NCBI GenBank assembly: GCA_046292385.1
Contig: JBKBRF010000041.1
Span: 1 to 56,632, forward strand
Reading direction: 5' to 3'
DNA from: Armatimonadota bacterium
GTDB taxonomy: Bacteria; Armatimonadota; SYMT01
DNA length: 56,632 nt
Shown here: one piece after another, positions 49,801-56,632 of the stretch
Numbering within the stretch: position 1 is the first letter of the stretch
How the letters are laid out: each line of letters starts with the position of its first letter
Made by a program: the position numbers and the translations under genes
The notes under the pieces: model-generated
Seen by the model: the letters and a program-made list of their open reading frames with translations, nothing else
The model's database searches: none
What the model was told of the DNA's origin: nothing

Positions 49801-52078
49801 CCACCGGATGTTCGGCCATTCGCGCGGGGTCCACGCCGGCGAGCTGCAGGGCCCGTGCCACCGATAGACCGGCGAGCACCGCCTCCCCTTCCACTTGCCA
49901 CGGCTGGTCCACGGCGGTCCGCGTGAGGACCAGACGCTCCGAATCGGCCCGGAGATCGTCCCGACGGAGCTCGACTTGCCGCAGCTCAACCCGATCCGCG
50001 GCGAGACCAGCGAACCGCGCGCTTAGATAATCCGCCTCGCGTCCGTCGAAGCGCGGCTCGAAAACCTGCAGCGAGCCATCCAGCGCCGGCTTTTCCACCG
50101 TGCCGGTCACCCGCACGGTGGCGAAGGCCTGGCCGGAGATCCGCCCCGCGAGCTCGCCGGTCAGGAGATCCGCCAGCTCCAGGTCCCGCGCCTGCAGGTG
50201 GAAGTCCAGCTCCCCCTCCGGCTGCCACCGGCCCCAACCGGAAAGCTGGGCCCCGCGGTAGAGCGCCGTGGCGTAGCGCACCGCTACCCCCTCGCCCGTC
50301 CACCGGACCCGGGCGCTAGCGCCCTCCAGCCGCAGCTCGTTCACTGCCAGCGGGCCTCCGGTGACGTAGGCGCTCACCACGGGGGCGGCCTCCGTTCCGC
50401 GCGCCACGAACTCGGCGGAGGCTCGACCCTCCAGCCGCTGCTCCGCGTCCTCTCGCGGCAGCCGGGCCAGGTCGATCCCGGTCACGGTGCCGGAGGCGTA
50501 GAACCGCGCCGGCGCCGTCGACTGGTCGATCCAGCCGCGGGCGGTGACCCGGCCCCCGAGCGCCCGGAGCGTTCCCTCCGCGTGCAGGAGACCGCGTCGG
50601 AATCGGAACGTTCCCGCCGCCTCCGCGCCGGCGTATTCGCGGAAGCGGCCCCTCTCGGCGGTAAACCGGCCGCTCGCCGCCATCTCGCCGGCATGGTCCG
50701 AGGCACCGGTAAAGCGGGCGCGCACTCCCGCGGCGTAGAGATCGCGGTAGCGCACCTCGGGAGCCTCGAGCGTCCCCTGCAGGCGCAGGCGCTCGGTACC
50801 CTCGCGCTCTACCCGTACGTTCAGCTTCCCGGGGCGGGGCACCTGGAGTGGGGCCGGTAGCTCCAGCCTGGGTAGGAGCCGCTTCAGGGAGCTAAGCCGG
50901 GCCGATTGGGACCGGAGATTCAGGCGCAGGGCCGGCTGCTCTCCACCGACCACGTCTCCGGTGACCCGCGCGGAGATTCCGGCCGCCACGGCCTGCCCGT
51001 CCACCTGCACCGTTTCGCCGGTAACCTGGAGCCGGCCGGTGAAGCGATCGACGGGGGCTCCCAACCCCTTGATGGCGCCGGATGCGCTCCGCAGCCGGAG
51101 ATCGAGGTGGACCTGCGGCTTCCCCTTTCCCGGTCCGCGGCCCCAGGCCGTCACCTCCGCCGACCCTACCGCCTGATGGATCCGGAAGTCGTCTCGCACC
51201 GGGACGAAATAGCGGTACCAGTAGCGGAAGTCGCGAGAGCTGCCGGAAAGGGTAGTGAACCACTCCTTCGTCTTCGCGTGCAGGTGTCCCGAGCCGCGCA
51301 CCGGCCCACCGCGAGCGCCGGCCACCCGCCCCTCCCCGCTGAACTGGATCCGGGGGAAGTCGGCCCAGCGCAGGGTCGCCTCGCCCGTCGCCAGGTCGCG
51401 AGCGACACCGGGAAGCGAGGCGGTCCGGCGGTTCGTCAGATGCACCCGCGAGCGGTGGAAGCGAAGCTCGCCGCGGAACGCCGTCGGCTTCGCGTTCGGA
51501 CGGCGCGGCAGGATCTTCTCGAAGTTCCAGCGGCCGTTCCGCAGCCGCTCCAGCCACACCTCGGTATCCGTGAGCTCCACCGCCGCGACCGTCGCCAGCG
51601 GATCGCCCTCCCGCCGGAGGAGCGGACCGAGGTCGATCGATGTCTCCGCCTGCCGGGCGCGGGCGAAAAGCGGCGCATCGCCGGGCGCCGCCTGCCACAC
51701 GCGGAGCCCCTCCGCGCGCACCTCCGCCTGGGCGAAACCAACCGACTTCGGCGAGAGCACCGTCCCCAGGGCGATCAGGGCGGGATTGTAGCGCACCGTG
51801 ATGCGGTCGGCCGCCGCGAAGCGGCCGGAGGCGGCCGCATCCGCGCCGCGCGCGACCTCGACCCCTTCCAGGAGCACCAGGCCCGGCTGGTCGGTCACGA
51901 TCCGGCGTACCTCGATCTCCCGCCCGAGCTGCGCCTCCGCCTGCGCCACCAGCAGCGGACCCAGGTTGCGAAGCATGCCCTGCACGCGCACCTGCGCCAC
52001 CCGCCAGAGTGCGAACCCGGAGGCGAGGAGCAGGATGAGGAAGAGGCCCAGGGCGCGGCGGCTGCCGGGGGAAGACAT
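46835..52078 (-). CDS. tamB: TamB/AsmA-like translocation and assembly protein (1747 aa)
   Basis: N-terminal anchor, GRWNF AsmA-like motif, long beta-rich body, DUF490-like C-terminus ending in Phe; upstream of bamA. Confidence 0.8.
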   Translation of the reverse strand: MSSPGSRRALGLFLILLLASGFALWRVAQVRVQGMLRNLGPLLVAQAEAQLGREIEVRRIVTDQPGLVLLEGVEVARGADAAASGRFAAADRITVRYNPALIALGTVLSPKSVGFAQAEVRAEGLRVWQAAPGDAPLFARARQAETSIDLGPLLRREGDPLATVAAVELTDTEVWLERLRNGRWNFEKILPRRPNAKPTAFRGELRFHRSRVHLTNRRTASLPGVARDLATGEATLRWADFPRIQFSGEGRVAGARGGPVRGSGHLHAKTKEWFTTLSGSSRDFRYWYRYFVPVRDDFRIHQAVGSAEVTAWGRGPGKGKPQVHLDLRLRSASGAIKGLGAPVDRFTGRLQVTGETVQVDGQAVAAGISARVTGDVVGGEQPALRLNLRSQSARLSSLKRLLPRLELPAPLQVPRPGKLNVRVEREGTERLRLQGTLEAPEVRYRDLYAAGVRARFTGASDHAGEMAASGRFTAERGRFREYAGAEAAGTFRFRRGLLHAEGTLRALGGRVTARGWIDQSTAPARFYASGTVTGIDLARLPREDAEQRLEGRASAEFVARGTEAAPVVSAYVTGGPLAVNELRLEGASARVRWTGEGVAVRYATALYRGAQLSGWGRWQPEGELDFHLQARDLELADLLTGELAGRISGQAFATVRVTGTVEKPALDGSLQVFEPRFDGREADYLSARFAGLAADRVELRQVELRRDDLRADSERLVLTRTAVDQPWQVEGEAVLAGLSVARALQLAGVDPARMAEHPVGGDLEPVRLSVRGPVDALAVQFQVASPRLVAQGIDLGRVELVGRVDTTARRLEITKGNARSEELSASIEGTVSLPEPVDGKLEAQDAAIDLRIEGRDLDLLRLARRYAPELLEQARPSGTLRLARVRASGTVGAPEIVADLTLAGTRLNEEPVGANPFRVAGRPGAARVHVARLRLAGGEVELPYAALLLAKSVDAGQSAHQPLIQRLAFTARVSGVRIAAVRELVEASAAYRSADGAELRSSLEQLPTGLDGRVSLQLDLPLEGGIENRSLSEISRHLAARAGAARLQASASVPDLVLRPGADAGTLNARVNYTPGRFKVEQLRWQQAGTGTFTVTGERLTEEDGAPSTLRFSGTAEEVQLHTLAELGIPGLKERLARLEPLDGVLTFQAELTGTREQPDLVFGGKVAHPVLGGLPFDSIEVEGGRYSGARSELSIGSAVLTSRAEDSPAEARLAIGGTVPLTWPELSIPEDRPRKIRVELPEMPLSAFTRLANRADERAHEVGAAEAERVRPITALLRRVAAVEGVVRGDVTLGGSARVPNNNGELFVAAERLAVGSLQTEVKALRARLQLEGDRLRVAELSAESSRGGRLTGSGTVRLGAGPDESGAMLDLALRIDGVRFVERKLGTVAAALEGTRAEGTLQSVEPTQPEAPAPITIRGPWDNPTIAGGVRVDDASLLLALRSLPPRESEPLPFNPRLDLRIFAGENVRLRNAQVRFNLADSLHAQGTLLNPLVQGDLRVIRGSITLPGMRLRNVEGLLRISYDARERDFDVPAPPPVYVDISGSTTLRVLRTTALDSRYYDATFRIQGTPLGQATAASDLETSPIRRPGSLSFGDEGGLQLSVRTEPPLPGGEIEALIRQQLGVEGFEASGSNVVETLGGQLEQAFSASVGSAVTGRIEEALQSALGLDVFALDLGVSQPLRVRLGKRLFGPLYGTVTQEFGVGNTSQRQFELYYRLSPQLRIGYRQEEPFDRQVLFFSGTFSF

Positions 52079-52456
52079 GCGGCGACAGATCTACGAGCGC
52101 TCCCGAGCGGCGGTGGACTGCAGCTACGCACCGGCGGCTGGGGAGCAGGCTGGTATCATTGTCGGCCTCAAACCCGGCGTCGGCCTCCCTATGGAGCATT
52201 GGGTTCTGGTGAACTCCGCGCGCGCCGAGGTAGGTGTTCAGCTTTCACCGTGAAAAGTTGAACACGCGTCTGGGCGGGCAAGGTCTTCCAGCAGCTCCAG
52301 GCACTGCGGAAGGCCCAGCCACTTCTGAAGGAACGGGTGGGAGGAGCGCGAGCAGGACGCTTCCGTCCCCCCTTTGCGGTAGAGGCACCGCTCCCGGATC
52401 TGTCATTCTGAGCCTCTGGCACGGCAAAGGCCGGCCACCCCCCGAAGAAACGGGAC

Positions 52457-52795
52457 GGTCGCGCCATCGATCACCTCCCCTCCGATCCAGGCACCGCTCC
52501 CCGATTTCGTCATTCTGAACGCAGTGAAGAATCTCGGCAGCCGTATTGGTCCGGGATACGCACCGGGGTGACGAGGACGCGGCCTGGCGAGGCACTCCCG
52601 AACGTGGGGGCTCATCGTGTCCCCCAAGGGTTGCGTGACGTAGATCCTTCCCTGCGGTCAGGATGACCCTCGGGGGCGGAGCCGTGCCCAGTCTGGGCTG
52701 ACGCCGATCCGGTGGGGCTGGCGCGCGCGGGGAGTTTCTTGACGACTTCCGTAAAGGATCTCGGCAGCCGCTCTGGGCCGGAGAGTGCAGATAGT
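52457..52795. repeat. About 340-bp REPIN/MITE-like element, copy 2
   Basis: Direct repeat of 10888-11230; an extra partial unit lies at about 52383-52410. Confidence 0.9.
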
Positions 52796-52903
52796 TCACG
52801 AGGAGGTGCGCACGGGAGTTCCCTCCAGACACACGACGGCCCTGCCGGAGTGAACCGGCAGGGCCGTCGTACGTCTCGAAGACGAGAGCGGAGCAGGAGC
52901 GCG

Positions 52904-53674
52904 CTACAGCACCGCCTCTTCGCGCTCCCGGCGCTCGCGGATCTTCTCTACCAATCCGACCAGGTAGATGCTGGTCACGTAGAGGATCGCCAGCGGAGCC
53001 GCCATGATGATCATCGTCATCGGGTCGCCGCCCGGGGTAGCGATCGCCGCCACCGCGAAGCAGCCGACCACGGCGAACCGCCACTGCGCCTTCAGGAAGT
53101 CACTGGTCACCAGGCCGATCCAGCCCAGGAAGCTCAGGATCACCGGCATCTGGAAGCAGACTCCGAACGCCACCACCATCTTGACCATGAAGGTGAGGTA
53201 CTTCTGCGGGTTCTGGAGCAGCACGAACTGCGAGGTGTCCAGGTAACCCATGAAGTAGCCGATGGTGACCGACATCAGCGCGTAGCCGCACGCCACTCCC
53301 AGGAAGAAGAAGAGAATGGAGAGCGGGAAGACGACGTAGCACGCCTTCCGCTCGGTGCGGGTGAGCCCCGGGGCGATGAAGCCCCATGCCTCTAGCGTTA
53401 CGCCCGGGATCGCCAGCACCAGACCCGCCACCAGCGAGACCTGGAGCTGGAGCATGAACGGCCCCATGAAGGAGTCGAAGTAGAGGCGGTTGTTGTCGCC
53501 CAGGAACGGCCGCATCGGTCGGAAGAACAGATCCTGGAGCCACGGGTAGATCACCCACGCGGCACCAAGACCGATCAGCACGTAGACCACGGACCGGATG
53601 AGTCGGACTCGGAGCTCCTGGAGGTGTTCCCAGAGCTCCATCTCTTTGAAATCTTCGTGGGCTTCCACGGCCAT
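52904..53674 (-). CDS. tatC: Twin-arginine translocase subunit C
   Basis: MELWEHLQELRVRLI, WGFIAPGL, FQMPV, ATPGGDP. Confidence 0.96.
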   Translation of the reverse strand: MAVEAHEDFKEMELWEHLQELRVRLIRSVVYVLIGLGAAWVIYPWLQDLFFRPMRPFLGDNNRLYFDSFMGPFMLQLQVSLVAGLVLAIPGVTLEAWGFIAPGLTRTERKACYVVFPLSILFFFLGVACGYALMSVTIGYFMGYLDTSQFVLLQNPQKYLTFMVKMVVAFGVCFQMPVILSFLGWIGLVTSDFLKAQWRFAVVGCFAVAAIATPGGDPMTMIIMAAPLAILYVTSIYLVGLVEKIRERREREEAVL

Positions 53675-53831
53675 GGTTCTAGAGATACTCCGTCAAGGCA
53701 GCGAGGGGTACAGGAGCCGCCAGGAATAAAAGGCGAGTCTCAGGCCCGGAAGAGTTCCCCGGTGCCGGCTTTTCTTGCGAGACAGCACCCCCGCGTCCCG
53801 GCGCCGCAGCGCCGGCTTTCGGCAGAAGGCC

Positions 53832-53857
53832 TTAGAGCCTGTCCGGATAGGCTCTTA
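53832..53857. mobile_element. Minimal IS5-family-like remnant: abutting 10-bp terminal repeats between TTA duplications
   Basis: TTA-GAGCCTGTCC-GGATAGGCTC-TTA. Confidence 0.5.
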
Positions 53858-53896
53858 ACGTCCGGGGCTGGCGACGCGTCCTGTCACACACGCGAA

Positions 53897-53924
53897 GTGG
53901 CGGCGGGAACGCTCCCGCCGCCAC
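53897..53924 (-). terminator. Hairpin downstream of the cytochrome c gene
   Basis: GTGGCGGCGGGA-ACGC-TCCCGCCGCCAC, perfect 12-bp stem with a weak U-tail. Confidence 0.55.
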
Positions 53925-53950
53925 CCGTGCTTCAGTAGTCGTCTCGCGAG

Positions 53951-55933
53951 CTAGTTCTTCGCGGTCAACTGGCCCGGCTTTACCACCTCGGTGGTCACGG
54001 TCAGCTTCACCTGATACCGCTTGGTGGTCGGCGGGGCAATACCGGTATCGCCGCCACCGATTCCAGGGTAGCCGCCGCCGGAGCCAGGGTAACCACCACC
54101 GGAACCGGGGTAACCGCCGCCGGAGCCGGGATAGCCGCCACCCGAGCCGGGATAGCCGCCGCCAGAGCCGGGGTAGCCGCCACCGGAGCCGGGATAGCCG
54201 CCGGAGGGGCCGCTGCGACCGGCACCGTAGGGGGAGCTGCCGCCGCCGGAGGCCGGATACCCGCCGCCGGAGCCAGGATAGCCACCGGAAGGACCGCTGC
54301 GGCCGGCGCCGTAGGGCGAGCTGCCGCCGGAAGACGAACCCGGGTACGGAGAGCCGCCGCCCGAAGCCCCACCGGGGTACGGAGAGCCGAAGCCGCCGCC
54401 AGGGGCGAGGTCGCCGCCGGGACCGCCAACGCCACCGCCGCCACCGCCGAGCTGCGCGACGTCCACCATCGCGGTGCCGTTGATCTCGTGCTTCGCCTCA
54501 ATCACGCGACTGCTTGCCTCGGAGAACCAGATCGTGCTGGTCCCCTGCTGCACTTCGAAGTCGACTCCGCTGAGACCCAGGCTCCGAATATCGAGCTTGC
54601 CCTTCCCCGCGTTGTAGGTGAGCCGGATCTTGGCGCAGCGCTCGCCGTCCCGCCACTCCATCCCGGCGAACTCCGCCTGGAGACGGTCGATCTTGAACGT
54701 CCCCGGAATGTAGGAGCCGAGGTGGAGCCGCAGGTTGGTCACGAACGGCTGGTTCACCGGGTGCAGCGTGCCCGGGAGATCGATCGGGTTGAAGACCGGC
54801 TCCTGCTTGTCTCGCTCCATCTGGGCGTTGGGAAGCTGGACCTGGCCGCGCCGGTTGATACCATAGTGGCGAGAGCTGGCATCCACCCGCACCACGTTCT
54901 TCAGGTTATTCACCACCACGGCGAGCGGGGAATCGAGGCGCTGACGCCAGAAGCCCGAGTAACCGGGGGCGACGTCTTCCATGGAGACCAGGTACCGCGC
55001 CGTTTCCTCGTGGCTCAGCTTCTCGGGGCCGGGAGCGGTAGCAGTATTGCCGGCTCCGGCGCGCCGTACGCCGCCCTGCACTGCGGTGAGCTCCATGTTG
55101 ACGTTCTGATCCACGGCGAAGCTCTGCCCCACCGACGCGCCGTTGTACCAGAGCTTCAGGCGCTGGTTGGCGTTCGGCGCGATGCTGTTCTTCAGGTTCA
55201 CCTGCACGGCGCTGCGCTCCAGCATGCGCCCGTCGCTGCTGAAGCTCTTCACCTCGATGAGGTGCGGGCCGTCCTGCGCGATGCGGAGCTGCTTGGAGAG
55301 CGCGTTGTCATCGGTCAGCGCTTCCTGGCTGTCCCAGGTGTAGGTGACGGCGGCGTCCGGCTTCATCTTCTTCTCCGCCACCTCTTCCGGAGAAGGCGGA
55401 GCGAGGGCGGCGCGGAACTGGCCGTCCACGTAGACCGCGATGAAGCCCTCCGGCGGGATGGCGTCCATCGGCACGCCGATCTTCACCTTCTCCCGCACCT
55501 CACCGCCGTCCTGGGGGAACAGGATCTGGAGCGACTTCTGCGCCTGGGCATCGGTCTCCATGGCGCCGTCTTGCAGCGCGCCCTGCTCCACCCACTTCTT
55601 CAGCTTCTCCACGTCTGCGCGGGCAACGCGGTCGCCGGTGGGCGGCATGCGGAGGCCGGTGGTGGCCTGGATCACCTGGATCAGCTTGCTCTTGGCAGGG
55701 TCACCGGGAACGACGATCGCCCCCTTGGCGCCGCCCTTCATCAGGTTCTGGAAGCTGTCCAGCTTCAGACCGCCCTTGGGCTGGGCGCCGTGGCAGCTCT
55801 GGCACTGCTTCTGCAGAACGGGAAGCACGTCCAGTTCGAAGCTAACGGCGTCCGCGCGCTGCGCATAGGCCGGCGCGGCGGCAATGGCCAGACCCGCGGT
55901 AATCAGGGCGGCCGAATAGGCCCGGTTTGTCAT
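53951..55933 (-). CDS. Exported protein with planctomycete-type cytochrome c domain and a Gly/Tyr/Pro/Ser repeat tract
   Basis: Signal peptide; VSFELDVLPVLQKQCQSCHG (CxxCH), IVVPGDPAKSKL, RMPP, WVEQGA; GGAGG before ATG 55933. Confidence 0.85.
   Translation of the reverse strand: MTNRAYSAALITAGLAIAAAPAYAQRADAVSFELDVLPVLQKQCQSCHGAQPKGGLKLDSFQNLMKGGAKGAIVVPGDPAKSKLIQVIQATTGLRMPPTGDRVARADVEKLKKWVEQGALQDGAMETDAQAQKSLQILFPQDGGEVREKVKIGVPMDAIPPEGFIAVYVDGQFRAALAPPSPEEVAEKKMKPDAAVTYTWDSQEALTDDNALSKQLRIAQDGPHLIEVKSFSSDGRMLERSAVQVNLKNSIAPNANQRLKLWYNGASVGQSFAVDQNVNMELTAVQGGVRRAGAGNTATAPGPEKLSHEETARYLVSMEDVAPGYSGFWRQRLDSPLAVVVNNLKNVVRVDASSRHYGINRRGQVQLPNAQMERDKQEPVFNPIDLPGTLHPVNQPFVTNLRLHLGSYIPGTFKIDRLQAEFAGMEWRDGERCAKIRLTYNAGKGKLDIRSLGLSGVDFEVQQGTSTIWFSEASSRVIEAKHEINGTAMVDVAQLGGGGGGVGGPGGDLAPGGGFGSPYPGGASGGGSPYPGSSSGGSSPYGAGRSGPSGGYPGSGGGYPASGGGSSPYGAGRSGPSGGYPGSGGGYPGSGGGYPGSGGGYPGSGGGYPGSGGGYPGSGGGYPGIGGGDTGIAPPTTKRYQVKLTVTTEVVKPGQLTAKN
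54063..54202 (-). repeat. In-frame 21-bp tandem repeat encoding GGGYPGS units
   Basis: About six consecutive heptapeptide units with varied synonymous codons. Confidence 0.9.
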
Positions 55934-56129
55934 CCTAGCCTCCAGCAGCAGGGCGGACAGAAGGGAATAGCTGCCCTGCAAAAGCGATGGGGAACGAGGC
56001 CCGCCGCCCGCCTGGTGTGAGGGCGGGCACGGCGACATGGGAGTCCGGTATGCGCCGGAGCCGCACGCGGGGGCCGTGGTCCCAGGGAACTTTCAACAGA
56101 AGCGGGGATCTCTCCTGCTGAAGTTGCGA

Positions 56130-56297
56130 TTACTCCTCTTTTGACGGAGTAGCGCCGGTCTCTGGTTCCTCGCGAACGGCCTGTTTGAAATTCCGGATCC
56201 CTTCCCCCAGCCCGCGGGCGAGCTGGGGAAGCCTGGCGCCGCCGAAGAGCACGAGGAGGACGATGGCAATAATGAGAATCTCGGGCAAATGGGCCAT
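56130..56297 (-). CDS. tatA: TatA/E-family subunit, 55 aa (not in ORF track)
   Basis: MAHLPEILIIAIVLLVLFGGARLPQLARGLGEGIRNFKQAV... Confidence 0.93.
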   Translation of the reverse strand: MAHLPEILIIAIVLLVLFGGARLPQLARGLGEGIRNFKQAVREEPETGATPSKEE

Positions 56298-56342
56298 GTC
56301 GATCTCCCCGGCACTGAACCGGTACCGGCGCCCGGCGGCAGA

Positions 56343-56522
56343 CTACGCCTTCGTCTCGGCGTCCTCGAGCTGCTTCGGCTCTTCCGGCTCTTCCTTAACG
56401 GCCTTCTTGAACTCTTTCAGGCCCTGGCCCATACCCTTGGCCAGCTCCGGGAGCTTCTTCGCCCCGAAGAGGAGCAGCACGATACCGAGAATGAGCAGTA
56501 TCTCTAACGGCTGGAGTCCCAT
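56343..56522 (-). CDS. tatA: TatA/E-family subunit, 59 aa (not in ORF track)
   Basis: [42 protein letters not shown]... Confidence 0.95.
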   Translation of the reverse strand: MGLQPLEILLILGIVLLLFGAKKLPELAKGMGQGLKEFKKAVKEEPEEPKQLEDAETKA

Positions 56523-56632
56523 CTTCTCGGGTGTTTCCTCTCCGCTCCCGGCCGCCGGTCAGGCAGGCTCCAGGGAACGGCATCTCTCGTCCGGGTTCGA
56601 AGCGCGGCCGGAGGTCCTCGCCTGCCGCTCTC

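Overview
GC-rich bacterial chromosomal segment. It combines Terrabacteria-type genes (uvrC-yvlD-rapZ-yvcK, VanW) with a diderm envelope cluster (tamB-ECF sigma-bamA-skp-skp-like-lpxD-murB), which suggests an Armatimonadota-like organism (inference only). Housekeeping genes (lipA, folE, cysS, DEAD helicase, uvrC, ftsK, mfd, plsC, tatA x2, tatC) lie mostly on the minus strand, with accessory blocks at about 4.5-7, 9-11 and 25-30.4 kb. Signals the ORF track misses: (1) an exported BCP/PrxQ peroxiredoxin whose peroxidatic residue is an in-frame UGA followed by a SECIS-like hairpin (selenoprotein, 2659-3198); (2) a structured cysS leader encoding a 7-aa peptide MRRSTCC, a candidate cysteine-sensing attenuator; (3) a dif-like Xer site at the edge of a lower-GC island; (4) several families of small dispersed palindromic elements, three of them present twice, including elements with arms of 7-, 8- and 9-nt periodicity; (5) two small tatA genes, an IS3 right end, a 20-bp IS5-like remnant and a frameshifted GNAT. 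All functional calls come from motif recognition by eye; no searches or folding programs were run.
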